A stretch of 64,000 bases of DNA from Acidobacteriota bacterium (GTDB lineage Bacteria > Acidobacteriota > UBA6911 > RPQK01 > CBDDCF01). The stretch spans positions 36,101 through 100,100 of the forward strand of contig CBDDCF010000030.1 in assembly GCA_965225995.1 (NCBI GenBank), in the 5' to 3' direction. The notes beneath the pieces were generated by a model. It did not search any database and was not told the origin of the DNA. It saw nothing but the letters and a program-made list of their open reading frames with translations. A program made the translations under genes and the position numbers. Below, piece after piece: positions 9,022 through 19,429 of this stretch. The number at the start of each line of letters is the position of its first letter. Position 1 is the stretch's first letter.

Positions 9022-10505
9022 GGCCTCACCTCCTGCTCGTGCGTGCCGAGCAATCGGTCATAGATCTGGATGTTGATTGGTGGAACCTGGACCTGCCACC
9101 TCGGCAGAACCGGCTCTATCAGATCCTCCTTCAGGTCCTGGAACCGGGTTCGGCGGCCGCTTTCAATCCGGTTCTTCAGAGCTTGTTCGACTTTCCTTTC
9201 CCCTTCTTGGGCCGCCAGCTCCAGGATCCCCAGATACTGTCGGTCCGCCGTCTGTGGACAATCCTCTCTCAGCTCGTCGTAGGCGACTCGGAACAGGACT
9301 CCGGGAAAGCGATCTTCCCGCCAGCGATAGCGGGCAAAGGCTCCCGGCTTTCGCACCAGCGAGTGGATCACGTGCCGGTAATCGATCCGGTGCTTTCCTT
9401 CCCCCCGCAGTCGAGGCATCTCGGCTACTCGCTGCCCGCCATAACGAACTTCCACATGATCGGCATACAGTCGCGCCTCCACCTGTTCGCGGATCAAGCG
9501 GCTGTCCACCGAGTAGGTGTTGTTGCGCACTCGGATCGTGGAACTGGTTGCGACCTTCACTCGGAATCGGATGAAGTCCTCCAGGCGACGATCCGGTAGC
9601 GGCCTCATCACTTCCAGTTCTTCTCGCAGGCGTCTTTGCCGGCCAGCATTGCGTCGCTCGATGATTCTCTGGACGAACTGCTCGTAGTCCTTGCGCTCTG
9701 AGAAATCGCGACTGCCTCTGAGCAGCAGTTCCTGTTGGATGGATCGCTTGAGCCGGTGATGCGATTGCTCGACGTCTCCGTTCTCATGAGCCTTTCCGGC
9801 TTGGGTTCGGCGGCGCTTCATTCCGTAATGATCGAGCAATGTCTGGTAGCGTTCGGTGAAGGCGCCCTTCTTGAGATTGTTGACCACAGCCGATAGACGG
9901 TCTGTTCGGTGCTCGGATGGTATCGCCCCCAGTTCCCAGATCGCGTTCTGTAGTCCCAGCGTCAAACTCTCGAAAGATTCACCGAAGCACAGGGTCGTCG
10001 TCTCCCAGTTCGAGTAGGTCACGACGAAGTGATACAGCATATGAGGAAAGGGTTGCCCGGCAATCGTCACTCCCCAGCTGTTCATGAAAGTGAAGTCGGA
10101 CTGGGCTTGATGTCCGGGCTCATGATTCTGGGGAAACATCACCTCTTTCAGCTCACCGTAGTGGGCTCTCCACTGCTTGAGCCTTCGTTGGAGCGTCCTC
10201 AGTTGTCCTTCCTCGAACTTCCCCTCGTAGATCCGATTCAGGTGGTCAAAAATAGTTGTCGCCTCCACGGTTGGAGACTGTTTCAGGATCCCTTCTATTT
10301 CGGGCCAAACGGATTCATAGGGATTCGGGCGGGTGCGCCAGGTCCGCTCTGACCGGCTTTCACTCGGCAGCTTGCCCGACTTCAAATACTTCCGTGCCGG
10401 GTTCCGCGACATGCCCGCTTTGGCCGCCGCCATCGTCAACGTCTTTTCCTTTTTCCGCAATTTCATCAGTCTCCTGATCTGCTGGTCTGTAACCATGCTT
10501 GCCAT
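9018..10505 (-). CDS. istA: IS21-family transposase IstA
   Basis: N-terminal HTH (MSRNPARKYL), DDE integrase core, ~495 aa, overlaps istB. Confidence 0.9.
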   Translation of the reverse strand: MASMVTDQQIRRLMKLRKKEKTLTMAAAKAGMSRNPARKYLKSGKLPSESRSERTWRTRPNPYESVWPEIEGILKQSPTVEATTIFDHLNRIYEGKFEEGQLRTLQRRLKQWRAHYGELKEVMFPQNHEPGHQAQSDFTFMNSWGVTIAGQPFPHMLYHFVVTYSNWETTTLCFGESFESLTLGLQNAIWELGAIPSEHRTDRLSAVVNNLKKGAFTERYQTLLDHYGMKRRRTQAGKAHENGDVEQSHHRLKRSIQQELLLRGSRDFSERKDYEQFVQRIIERRNAGRQRRLREELEVMRPLPDRRLEDFIRFRVKVATSSTIRVRNNTYSVDSRLIREQVEARLYADHVEVRYGGQRVAEMPRLRGEGKHRIDYRHVIHSLVRKPGAFARYRWREDRFPGVLFRVAYDELREDCPQTADRQYLGILELAAQEGERKVEQALKNRIESGRRTRFQDLKEDLIEPVLPRWQVQVPPINIQIYDRLLGTHEQEVRP

Positions 10506-10537
10506 GATCCAAATCAGCTCTGAAAAAGCGGGCAGTT

Positions 10538-10897
10538 CTAATTGTCGTCCGGGTCCAATTCTACGTGTCGTTGATCACCCAACATGGCTATCTCTTCCCG
10601 AATCGGCCCAAAAGTGTTCTGCATCTCCTCCAGCAGAGCCCTCACCAATTCCAACTGTTCGTCGCTAAGCTCGAGGACTCGAACCAGGATCGCACGGGAA
10701 GGAATGATGCCGCCGTAACCGCGCCGATCAGGGTTTCTGTGGCCCTGTCCCAGATTCGAGCCAGCGCCGCCGGGCCCGGTCACGGTGGGGCCTCCGGGGC
10801 CGTTTCCAGGACCCTGGCCGGGTTGAGCAACGAGACTTCCCGCAGTTAGAAGAATCGATAGTAAAAGTACGAAAAGGAAGTAATTTGTACGAGTCAT
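10538..10897 (-). pseudogene. N-terminal fragment (signal peptide + first LTXXQ-like motif) of a Spy/CpxP-like periplasmic protein, terminated at the IS21 junction
   Basis: Signal peptide MTRTNYFLFVLLLSILLTAGSLVA, Gly/Pro low-complexity linker, LSDEQLELVRALLEE motif. The stop codon lies inside the 10-bp junction repeat. Confidence 0.35.
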
Positions 10898-11163
10898 AGT
10901 GTCCTCCAGTTGTTGCTTTCAGATTCTCGTTACGAACCTAAATGCGTATTGTTCGCATGGAGTCATGGAGGCGAAAAATTAACATTCTTTACAAATCGTG
11001 TGAAGACGATTTTCTTCCCGAGATGGCGGTTGCTCGGATCCTGGATTCCTTCTCGGGACCTGACTTGGAACTTTGGAATCCCGACATGACGTGCTGGGTT
11101 CAGAAGATCGCACCGATCTTCAATCGCGGCGTCGGGGTGCGCAGGTTAGGAGCGAGCTGCCAG

Positions 11164-13206
11164 CTAGTCGAGCAGAGACCGTTGTCCTTTCACGGCTTCT
11201 TCCGCCATACGATTCTCATACACCCGTGGGGTGATTTCCCGGACACTCGAGACCATGTGTTTGGTCAAGGTGATTCCGTTTGCTCCTCTCCCTTTGACCG
11301 GGTAATCGTTGATGGAGATGTAGAGGTCGGTCTTGATGCGGGGTTTCTTACGCAGCTTGACGTGATACAAGTGACCCGCTCCTTGGCTTACCAGGAAAAT
11401 ACGGGCGCTCTTTTCGCGATTGCTCTTGCCCAGTTCGTAACGCCGATCGCGGGTCACACCCCCCACCTGGAAGCGCTTCACATAGGAGCTCCCGGAAGCT
11501 AGATCCAGGTAGACCAGATTGAAGACATCCTCGCGATTCTGCGGTCGAAAAACCTGGGCGTGCAGGATTCCTTCGCCCACGTATTTCTTGTTCGCCGTCC
11601 GGGTTATGACCAGGCCCCCGTCACTCAGAATGACCAGGACGTCGTCCAGACTGGAGCACGGGCCCAGTTCCTCTCCAATCTTGGAATCGGTACCCAAGAA
11701 GCCTCCCTTGCGATCCATATACAGCTTTTCGGTCCGTTCCACCACGGATACCGCCGCCACTGAATCGAAGCTGCTGATCGTGGTTTTTCGCTCGCGTCCC
11801 TGGGAGTAGTTCTCTAACAGGTGATCCAGATAGCGGATCGTGTATTGGGTCAGGCTTCGGAGATCCTTTCGGACTCGTGCCAGTTCCCGGTCAATGGCCA
11901 GCAATTGTTCTCGTGACTTTTCCGCGTCCCAGGCACTGATTCGCCGCATCTTGACCTCGGTCAGGAAGACCAGATCTGCTTCCGTCACGTCACGCCGCAG
12001 CTTGGATTTGTAGGGCTCCAATCCCTGGTCGATCTCATACAGGACCGCATCCCAGGTCTTGCACTTTTCGATGCTAAGGAAGATTCGGTTCTCGACGAAG
12101 ATCTGAACCAGGCTCTTGAGATGCCACTCCCGTTCTGACCGTTCCTGCTGGATTTCCAGATCGAGACGCAGCAACCGGCGGGTTCGCTTGGCATTCTCGA
12201 TCAGTATTTCCGATGTCGTCAGGGACTGCGGATGCCCGGACTGGATGACCATTGTCGTGCTGGTCAGGCTGACTTCACACTGAGTGAAGGCGTAGAGGGC
12301 GTCGGCCGCCTTGTCCATATCGACACCCCTCTGAAACGTGACCACGATCTCGATCTCAGCCGCGGTGTTGTCCTCGATGTGGGCAACCTTGATCTTTCCC
12401 TTGTCATTGGCGCTGAGGATAGAGTCAATGACCGATGCGGTCGTGGTTGCATAGGGGATCTTGCGGATGACCAGTTTCTTGCCCTGGCTCGGTTCGATCA
12501 GAGCTCGGACTTTGACCTTCGACCCCGGACGTCCGTCGTTGTACCCCTCGACGTCGATTAGCCCACCGGTCGGAAAATCCGGAAAAAGCTGGAAACTCGC
12601 GCCTTGAAACCAGGCCTTCTGGGCCTCCAGCAACTCGATGAAGTTGTGGGGAAGGATTCGAGTTGTCAACCCGACCGCGATTCCTTCGGCGCCGGTAGCC
12701 AGCAGCAGAGGGAAACGGACCGGAAGGGTAACCGGCTCGCGGTTCCGGCCATCATAAGATTTGGCATAAGAAGTCAGGTGAGGCGCAAAGGCCACTTCTT
12801 TGGCGAACTTGGTCAGCCGGGCCTCGATATAGCGGGCTGCGGCGGCCGAATCACCGGTAGCCGGACTTCCCCAGTTTCCCTGGGTGTCGATCAGAAGCTC
12901 TTTCTGTCCCAGCGCCACCATCGCCGAATAGATCGAAGCGTCTCCATGAGGATGGTACTTCATGGTATGGCCGACGATGTTGGCCACCTTGTTATAGCGA
13001 CCGTCTTCATTTTCCCAAAGGGAATGGAGAATCCGACGCTGGACCGGTTTCAGACCATCTTCAACATCGGGAATGGCCCGTTCGGTGATGACATAAGAAG
13101 CGTATTGAAGGAAGTAATCTCGGAAGGTGGCCCGGACCCCAATGTCTCCGCGAACCGTGTTCGAATCGCCCTCATTTTGAGAATGATCGTGGTGGCTGCT
13201 GGTCAT
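11164..13206 (-). CDS. Type IIA topoisomerase subunit A (ParC/GyrA family; short C-terminal domain favours topo IV ParC)
   Basis: Conserved [10 protein letters not shown] and KYHPHGD motifs with the catalytic Tyr region. 680 aa with a reduced C-terminal domain. Confidence 0.8.
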   Translation of the reverse strand: MTSSHHDHSQNEGDSNTVRGDIGVRATFRDYFLQYASYVITERAIPDVEDGLKPVQRRILHSLWENEDGRYNKVANIVGHTMKYHPHGDASIYSAMVALGQKELLIDTQGNWGSPATGDSAAAARYIEARLTKFAKEVAFAPHLTSYAKSYDGRNREPVTLPVRFPLLLATGAEGIAVGLTTRILPHNFIELLEAQKAWFQGASFQLFPDFPTGGLIDVEGYNDGRPGSKVKVRALIEPSQGKKLVIRKIPYATTTASVIDSILSANDKGKIKVAHIEDNTAAEIEIVVTFQRGVDMDKAADALYAFTQCEVSLTSTTMVIQSGHPQSLTTSEILIENAKRTRRLLRLDLEIQQERSEREWHLKSLVQIFVENRIFLSIEKCKTWDAVLYEIDQGLEPYKSKLRRDVTEADLVFLTEVKMRRISAWDAEKSREQLLAIDRELARVRKDLRSLTQYTIRYLDHLLENYSQGRERKTTISSFDSVAAVSVVERTEKLYMDRKGGFLGTDSKIGEELGPCSSLDDVLVILSDGGLVITRTANKKYVGEGILHAQVFRPQNREDVFNLVYLDLASGSSYVKRFQVGGVTRDRRYELGKSNREKSARIFLVSQGAGHLYHVKLRKKPRIKTDLYISINDYPVKGRGANGITLTKHMVSSVREITPRVYENRMAEEAVKGQRSLLD

Positions 13207-15119
13207 GAGGCAAGACGGTCCGGTTGTTTCACCACATCCACCGGTTCAGAAATCAGGTTCTCGAGGATGAAATTGCGTCGGGCCGGTGTGTTCTTTCCCA
13301 TGTAGAACTGGAGGTGCTCTCGGATCTTCAGGCCCTGCTGAATTTCCACCCGGTCGAGGCGAATGTCTTTTCCGATAAAGGCTCCAAATTCACCCGGAGA
13401 GATTTCTCCCAGCCCCTTGAAGCGGGTGATCTCCGGGCTCTTGCCGAGCTTCCGTACCGCCCGGCTTCTTTCCGCCTCACTGTAGCAATAAAGCGTCTGC
13501 TTTTTGTTGCGCACCCGAAAGAGAGGAGTTTGCAGAATGTAGAGGTGGCCCTTACGGACCAGCTCTGGGAAGAACTGGAGAAAAAAGGTCAAAAGGAGCA
13601 GCCGGATGTGCATTCCATCGACATCCGCATCGGTCGCCAGGATGACCTGATTGTAGCGTAGATTCTCGAGGTCTTCTTCGATGCCCAGGGCGTGCTGCAG
13701 CAGGTTGAGTTCCTCATTCTCATAAACTACCTTCTTCGACAACGAGAAACAGTTCAGCGGTTTTCCCTTCAACGAAAAGACGGCCTGGGTGACCACGTCA
13801 CGAGCCTTGTTCATACTGCCCGATGCACTGTCTCCCTCCGTGATGAAGAGCTGGGTGCGGTCGAAATACTTGGTCTTTGGCAGGTTGAAGTGAGACTTCG
13901 AGTCGCGGAGCTTCCGGTTGTGAATATTGGCCTTTTTCTGCCGCTCTGTAGCCAGTTTTCGGATCCCGGCCAAATCTCGCCGTTCCTTTTCGTTCTGCTG
14001 AATCTTCTTTTGAATCTCTTTGGCAATTTCGGGGTTCTTGTGGAGGTATTTGACCAGCCTGTCGCGTACGAAATCGACCAACCAGGAGCGTATTGTAGGA
14101 CCGTCCGGCTCAACCAGGGTGCTGCCCAGCTTAGTTTTTGTCTGAGATTCAAATACCGGTTCATGGATGCGGATCAGGACCGCCCCCAAAATCCCTCCCC
14201 GCGCATCTCCCGCTTCGACGGTCCGACTGAAGTACTCTCGCAGTCCTTTGAGGATCCCTTCTCGAAAGGCCGCCTGATGGGTGCCACCGTCGGGTGTGTA
14301 CTGGCCGTTTACAAACGACAGATAGGATTCCCCATAGGCATCTGTGTGTGTCATGGCAAACTCGATGCTCTCGCTTACGACATGAATGAGCGGATAACGT
14401 GGAGTGGAGTCCAGATGTCGTTCTAAGAGATCGAAGAGGCCGTTCTGACTCTGAATCAGATCCCCATTCAGCAGCAGCTTGAGATTCCGATTGAGAAACG
14501 CGTAGTTCCACAACCGTTCCCGAATGTACTCATCGCGGAAGCGGTAGTCGGAGAAGATCTGCGGGTCGGGTACGAATTCCACGAGGGTGCCTGAGGCGGC
14601 ATCGCTGCTCTGCGGTTTCGATTGCCGAATCAGCTTGCCCCGGGAAAACTCGGCCCGTTTTATCGACCCATCCCGAAAAGACTCGACCTTGAAGGCTTCC
14701 GACAGGGCATTGACAGCCTTAGTTCCGACCCCGTTCAGCCCTACACTCCGATAGAAAGCCCCACTGTCGTATTTCCCTCCCGTGTTGATCTTGGCGACAC
14801 ACTCCACCAGCTTCCCGTGAGGAATCCCGCGACCGTAGTCCCGGATTCTCACCTTTGTGGCGCTGACTTCGATCTCAATCTTTTTGCCCGCTCCCATGAG
14901 AAACTCGTCGACACAGTTGTCGAGAACTTCCTTGACCAGGAGATAGATCCCATCATCGGACTGGCTTCCGTCACCCAAGCGGCCGATGTACATGCCAGGG
15001 CGGGTCCGGATGTGTTCGCGCCAGTCCAGGCTCTTGATATGTTCTTCGGTGTAGGCTGCCAGATTGGCGAAGCTGTTTTGGCTCAAATTGCTACTCAACC
15101 TTCTGCAGGACCCGGACAC
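13203..15119 (-). CDS. Type IIA topoisomerase subunit B (ParE/GyrB family); start overlaps subunit A
   Basis: GHKL ATPase motifs ([12 protein letters not shown]), TOPRIM and the PLxGKxLN region; 638 aa. Confidence 0.8.
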   Translation of the reverse strand: MSGSCRRLSSNLSQNSFANLAAYTEEHIKSLDWREHIRTRPGMYIGRLGDGSQSDDGIYLLVKEVLDNCVDEFLMGAGKKIEIEVSATKVRIRDYGRGIPHGKLVECVAKINTGGKYDSGAFYRSVGLNGVGTKAVNALSEAFKVESFRDGSIKRAEFSRGKLIRQSKPQSSDAASGTLVEFVPDPQIFSDYRFRDEYIRERLWNYAFLNRNLKLLLNGDLIQSQNGLFDLLERHLDSTPRYPLIHVVSESIEFAMTHTDAYGESYLSFVNGQYTPDGGTHQAAFREGILKGLREYFSRTVEAGDARGGILGAVLIRIHEPVFESQTKTKLGSTLVEPDGPTIRSWLVDFVRDRLVKYLHKNPEIAKEIQKKIQQNEKERRDLAGIRKLATERQKKANIHNRKLRDSKSHFNLPKTKYFDRTQLFITEGDSASGSMNKARDVVTQAVFSLKGKPLNCFSLSKKVVYENEELNLLQHALGIEEDLENLRYNQVILATDADVDGMHIRLLLLTFFLQFFPELVRKGHLYILQTPLFRVRNKKQTLYCYSEAERSRAVRKLGKSPEITRFKGLGEISPGEFGAFIGKDIRLDRVEIQQGLKIREHLQFYMGKNTPARRNFILENLISEPVDVVKQPDRLAS

Positions 15120-15216
15120 TAGCCCGTCCTGTCAACCGCCATTTTAGCCCAAGGGTCTGCGACGTGCGGGCTCATAGGTACCTATTGAGAGCAACTTCTT
15201 TGCAGTAACGCGTGCA

Positions 15217-16545
15217 TTATCCGGGCTTGCCGATGAGCAGGACCTGGATGTCCATAACATTGGTTTGAGTGGGACCGGTTATGATCAGGTCTCCCAGCTG
15301 CTCAAAAAAGTGGAATGAATCGTAGTTGAGCAGGAAATCTGCCGGATCTAGTCCTTGCTCCCTGGCGCGAAGAATCGTGTCGGGAAGTACCTGAGCACCG
15401 GCCGCCTCGGTGGGCCCGTCGATTCCGTCGGTTCCCAGGCTGGCGAAGATGAAGGGGACATTCCAGTCATCGATGAATTGACTGAAAGCCAGTGCCATGT
15501 CTTGGTTGCGTCCTCCCAGGCCGTGTCCCCTAACCACCACGGTGCACTCACCTCCGCTGAGCAAGCAACAAGGAGCCGGAAGCGGGGAATCGTGGGCCAC
15601 GACTTCGCGCGCCAGAGAGGCCAGGAAACCAGCTGCCGCACGGTTATCCCCGGTCAGACTGGAAGTAAGAATCAAGGGTGGATAACCCAGTTTGGCGGCT
15701 TCCTCTGCAGCTGCTTCCAGGGCCGACCGGTTATTTGCCACGATCACGCTCTGCACTCCGTCGAAATGGGGATCCCCTTTCTTGAGTGTCTCCGGCACGA
15801 GACCCTTGTCCCCTTTCTCAAGGTGTTGCCGTACCGATTCCGGAAGCGAGCCGGCGAGATCGTAACGGGTGATGATGCGAAGGCAATCTTGATATGTCGA
15901 AGAGTCGGCAGCAACGGGACCGGACGCTATGCTCGAAAGATCGTCGCCCACGACGTCTGAAACCGCCAGCGTCAGCACCCGGGCTCCATTCAGGGCTTCC
16001 AACAAGCGCCCCCCTTTGCTCCGGCTCAGGTGTTTGCGCAGGGCATTGATCTCCTGGATGCTGGCACCCGAGCGCAACAGAGCTCGGGTAGCAACTTGTT
16101 TGTCTTTCAGCGATACGCTCGGGACAGGGGCTGGAAAGAGAGCCGAGCCCCCTCCCGAGAGGGCCAGTACCAGCAAGTCGTCACTCCGGACTTGTTGGCG
16201 AAGCCACTGTAAAATTCGATTTGCCGCTGCGGCTCCCGCGCGATCAGGTTCGGGATGCCCTGCGGGCCAGATGCGGGTCTTTGACAAGTGTCCCGGGCTC
16301 CCGTGCGGCGCGACGGCCTGGCCACGCTCGAGCCAGGGTCCGAGTAGCCCCTCCAACGCGATTGCCATAGGTACGGCCGCTTTGCCCAGGGCCAGCAACC
16401 AAACCTTTCGGAATCTGTCGAGGTGGATCGTGCCCAGCGGTGTCTCCAATTCGGCCTGCCGGAGTTGGAGCAGGGAACGTAAGCGCCGTCCCGGAGCGGC
16501 CGCCTCAAGAGCTGCCTCCAGGATTCTGTCAAGCGCAGTTCGCAT
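15217..16545 (-). CDS. Glycerate kinase / hydroxypyruvate reductase-like (MOFRL family)
   Basis: DUF4147 N-domain plus MOFRL C-domain (GGECTVVVRGHGLGGRNQD). Confidence 0.8.
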   Translation of the reverse strand: MRTALDRILEAALEAAAPGRRLRSLLQLRQAELETPLGTIHLDRFRKVWLLALGKAAVPMAIALEGLLGPWLERGQAVAPHGSPGHLSKTRIWPAGHPEPDRAGAAAANRILQWLRQQVRSDDLLVLALSGGGSALFPAPVPSVSLKDKQVATRALLRSGASIQEINALRKHLSRSKGGRLLEALNGARVLTLAVSDVVGDDLSSIASGPVAADSSTYQDCLRIITRYDLAGSLPESVRQHLEKGDKGLVPETLKKGDPHFDGVQSVIVANNRSALEAAAEEAAKLGYPPLILTSSLTGDNRAAAGFLASLAREVVAHDSPLPAPCCLLSGGECTVVVRGHGLGGRNQDMALAFSQFIDDWNVPFIFASLGTDGIDGPTEAAGAQVLPDTILRAREQGLDPADFLLNYDSFHFFEQLGDLIITGPTQTNVMDIQVLLIGKPG

Positions 16546-16575
16546 GGATTTTAGGAGTGCATCGCCAGGGTGAGG

Positions 16576-17670
16576 TCAGGGGATTTCAGAGGTGTGGGTG
16601 TCCAGGTGCAGCCGTACCATGGTGTTGTGCTGCTGCGAAGCCGGCACCCGGCGCAAGAGCCAGAACCGGAGCAGGCCTGCCAGCAGCCCAAGTCCCAGGA
16701 CGAAAACGATGAAGGCTCCTGTAAACAGTATCGTTTGGCTGACCACACCCAGAAAGGTGACAACTTCCCCCCGTCTCGCTTCCGCGTCCTCGAGGGTGGT
16801 GTCCTTTTCGTAGAGCCAGCGTACGCTGGCCGTATACTGCACCCGATCGAGCAGGCTGCGCGCTTGTTCTGCGGGGCCCCAAAAGAGAGAGATCAAGAGT
16901 CCCGAACGCTTGGAATAGACTCCCTGTTGTGAGACATAGTCTTGCAGGCCAAGTTGGATCTCGGCAAAGTACTGCTCGGCCAGGCTGGCGGTAGGATAGC
17001 CGATGAGAAACAGGGGCGTGGCTGATGGGCCGTAGCGCCCCATCGCCACCTCGGCATAATCCTTGAAGCCCAGCTTGTCCCGCAGAGGAGCCGGAAATTC
17101 CTGGTTTTCCCGCAACCCTTCCGGGCCTAAATAGTAGCGAATACTCTCCTGGATTAGATCCTGTCGGGGGAGTTGGACCACCGACATGGGGTGCAGGTTC
17201 AGTTCGTCGATCACCTCGACTAACCGCTTGGCGAGCTCCAGCAAGCCATCCTGCGACCCTCCCTCTGGTTGTTGCAGCCGAAGGAAAAAGTGCCCCCTCC
17301 AGAAGTGGAGTACTCCATTCTCGATCAGCGAATCGACTCCAAGCTTGGTCCGCTCTCCATTCTCAAATAATTCTAGGGTTCGAGTAAAGAGTCCAAAAGC
17401 GGCCAAGGAATCGAGTACCTCGAAGACACTCAGCCGGTAATCGCCACCCCTTCCTTTCAGCTCCCAGCGACTGTAGCCGAGAAGGACAGCTTCCTGCAGG
17501 ATGGCTGCGGGGACTCCCTCGAGTCCATCTGCCGGCACCTCAGTTCGACTCTCCAGAGAAGTAGGAGAGAAGGAGACCAAAGACTGAATATAGTCCTGAA
17601 AGGAGCGAGCCTGCAGGCCGCTCGACGAAGACAGCGTGAGGAGAATGAAAAACTGAGTGATTCTTCTCAT
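16576..17670 (-). CDS. Hypothetical secreted protein with C-terminal transmembrane anchor, 33 bp downstream of the amidase gene
   Basis: Signal peptide MRRITQFFILLTLSSSSG, C-terminal hydrophobic helix (ILFTGAFIVFVLGLGLLAGLL). No recognisable domain. Confidence 0.4.
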   Translation of the reverse strand: MRRITQFFILLTLSSSSGLQARSFQDYIQSLVSFSPTSLESRTEVPADGLEGVPAAILQEAVLLGYSRWELKGRGGDYRLSVFEVLDSLAAFGLFTRTLELFENGERTKLGVDSLIENGVLHFWRGHFFLRLQQPEGGSQDGLLELAKRLVEVIDELNLHPMSVVQLPRQDLIQESIRYYLGPEGLRENQEFPAPLRDKLGFKDYAEVAMGRYGPSATPLFLIGYPTASLAEQYFAEIQLGLQDYVSQQGVYSKRSGLLISLFWGPAEQARSLLDRVQYTASVRWLYEKDTTLEDAEARRGEVVTFLGVVSQTILFTGAFIVFVLGLGLLAGLLRFWLLRRVPASQQHNTMVRLHLDTHTSEIP

Positions 17671-17702
17671 AGATGGGGGTAGTGGGGACCGGCTCCTAAG
17701 CC

Positions 17703-19403
17703 TTAATTGCCCGATCCGCTATTTGTCTTCTCCAGTTGTGGAGCGCTGCCCAAAGCCCTGAAATACTGTTCGACCCCTCGATAGAGCGCTTCCGCAATCG
17801 CCTGCCGGGCATCATCCTTCGCCAGGTACTTCTCGTCGCTGGGATTGCTGATAAATCCGATTTCGGTGAGAATGCTGGGCATAGTTGAGTTGATCAAAAC
17901 AATAAAGGGAGCCTGTTTGACACCCCGGTTTCTCCAGCGTGGCCTGACCTTGCGCATCTCTCCGTAAAGATTGTCTTGGATGACATGGGCCAAGTCTCTG
18001 GATTCCTCATTGTAGTCGCCGAGAGCGATTTTACGTAACAGGTTTTCCAACTCTCGGATATTCCTTTGGGCGGTGGCATTCTCTCGACTGGCAACTTCCC
18101 GTTCTTCGTCGCCAGTTGCGAAATTGAGAAAGAAGGTCTCGATCCCTGACACTTTTCGATTCGGGCTGGAATTGGCATGGAGCGAAATGAGCAGATCGGC
18201 CCCTTCCGTGTTGGCGATCGCGGTACGCTCTTCCAGGGGAATGAAAACGTCAGTATCGCGAGTCAAGACAACCGGCGTGCCCAGGCGCTGGCCAATCAGG
18301 TCCCGCAACCGCCGCGAGATATCGAGGACGAGGTCTTTCTCACGCGTTCCTCCAGGTCCGATCGTGCCCGTGTCACGTCCTCCATGCCCGGGATCGATAG
18401 CCACTTTTCCGACCTTGAGACCGAGTACCCGGGTCAAGCTCAATTTGCCATCTAGATTGGGGGTTGGAGCGCTGGCTCGCTCGGTGAGGACTTCACGTCT
18501 CGAAGTTCCCTGATCGTCGAGGGAGATTGTCGCTTCCACTGTATTGACTGTACCGGTGCCTGGCGTTTTAGCCGCTGAAGTGCGGGGACCGTGAATGTCG
18601 ATAACAATACGGAAGGGATCGTTCAAGGCGAAGACGCTGTGGGTCTCGATCTGCTCAAAGTCCAGCACTACACGCACCATGCCGGGTTGGTTCTCGCCAA
18701 CTCGAACCTTGCGGAGGCTGACACCGTTCACGTCATAAGTCTTTTCGATAGCAGATGCGAGCTGACTGTTCTCGAGATCGAAGTAGATCCGGTCCGGATA
18801 GGAAAGTACATTCTTCTTGAAAGTAGCCTCGCCGTCTAATTGGATGACCACGCGGGTGTAGTCCTCATTGGACCTGTAACGGATCTCATTCAGGGTGGCC
18901 CGCTTTCCGGATCGGGTTACGCCTGAATCGCCTGTCTCGCGGGGCAGTTTGGGTGTTGCCCTCGCCCTTTCGGCCGCCCGACGCTCGGCTTCAATTTGAA
19001 GATCCAATTCTTCCGCCCGATCCAGAGCGAGTCCCTTGTGTTTCGTCAGAGGATATTCGCGGGCCACGAACCGGTAGTAATAAATGGCGTTGTCGCGGTC
19101 GCCCTCGAGCCGGAAGCGACCGGCCATTTCATCGTATAGCGATGCCACCGCGAACAGAGCATCGTCACAGGCACCATAGGTCGGATCGTGGTCGATGACT
19201 CGGCGGTAAAGGAAGATTGCCCGCTCGTATTGGGCCCGTGGGCGTTGATCGCGGGGAACCGTGAGAAATCCTTCGTGGAAAGAGAGAGCCCGCTTGAACG
19301 ATTCCCGGGCCGCTCGTCGATCACGAGCCAGCGCCGGTTCTGCGACGAATTGACAGACCCAAAATAGAATTCCGAACGCCGCAATCCAGGTCCGGCGGTT
19401 CAT
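17703..19403 (-). CDS. N-acetylmuramoyl-L-alanine amidase (AmiC-like) with N-terminal TPR-like and AMIN-like regions
   Basis: Amidase_3 motifs IDPGHGG, SLHAN and LTEIGFISN. Start MNRRTWIAAFGILF at 19403 is preferred over the upstream ORF start. Confidence 0.8.
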   Translation of the reverse strand: MNRRTWIAAFGILFWVCQFVAEPALARDRRAARESFKRALSFHEGFLTVPRDQRPRAQYERAIFLYRRVIDHDPTYGACDDALFAVASLYDEMAGRFRLEGDRDNAIYYYRFVAREYPLTKHKGLALDRAEELDLQIEAERRAAERARATPKLPRETGDSGVTRSGKRATLNEIRYRSNEDYTRVVIQLDGEATFKKNVLSYPDRIYFDLENSQLASAIEKTYDVNGVSLRKVRVGENQPGMVRVVLDFEQIETHSVFALNDPFRIVIDIHGPRTSAAKTPGTGTVNTVEATISLDDQGTSRREVLTERASAPTPNLDGKLSLTRVLGLKVGKVAIDPGHGGRDTGTIGPGGTREKDLVLDISRRLRDLIGQRLGTPVVLTRDTDVFIPLEERTAIANTEGADLLISLHANSSPNRKVSGIETFFLNFATGDEEREVASRENATAQRNIRELENLLRKIALGDYNEESRDLAHVIQDNLYGEMRKVRPRWRNRGVKQAPFIVLINSTMPSILTEIGFISNPSDEKYLAKDDARQAIAEALYRGVEQYFRALGSAPQLEKTNSGSGN

Positions 19404-19429
19404 CCCAATATCCTTTACAATGCGGCCTA

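Larger units (their letters stand above)
7976..10548 (-). mobile_element. IS21-family insertion sequence (istA-istB), boundaries approximate
   Basis: istA/istB gene pair with 4-bp overlap. A 10-bp perfect inverted match, ACGACAATTA (7976-7985) and TAATTGTCGT (10539-10548), sits at both junctions. Confidence 0.5.

Noticed and set aside
7976-10548. The 10-bp junction repeat of IS21 #1 as a target-site duplication
   Set aside because: The two 10-mers are reverse complements of each other (ACGACAATTA / TAATTGTCGT), not direct repeats, so they are more likely the element termini than a duplication. No flanking direct repeat was found.
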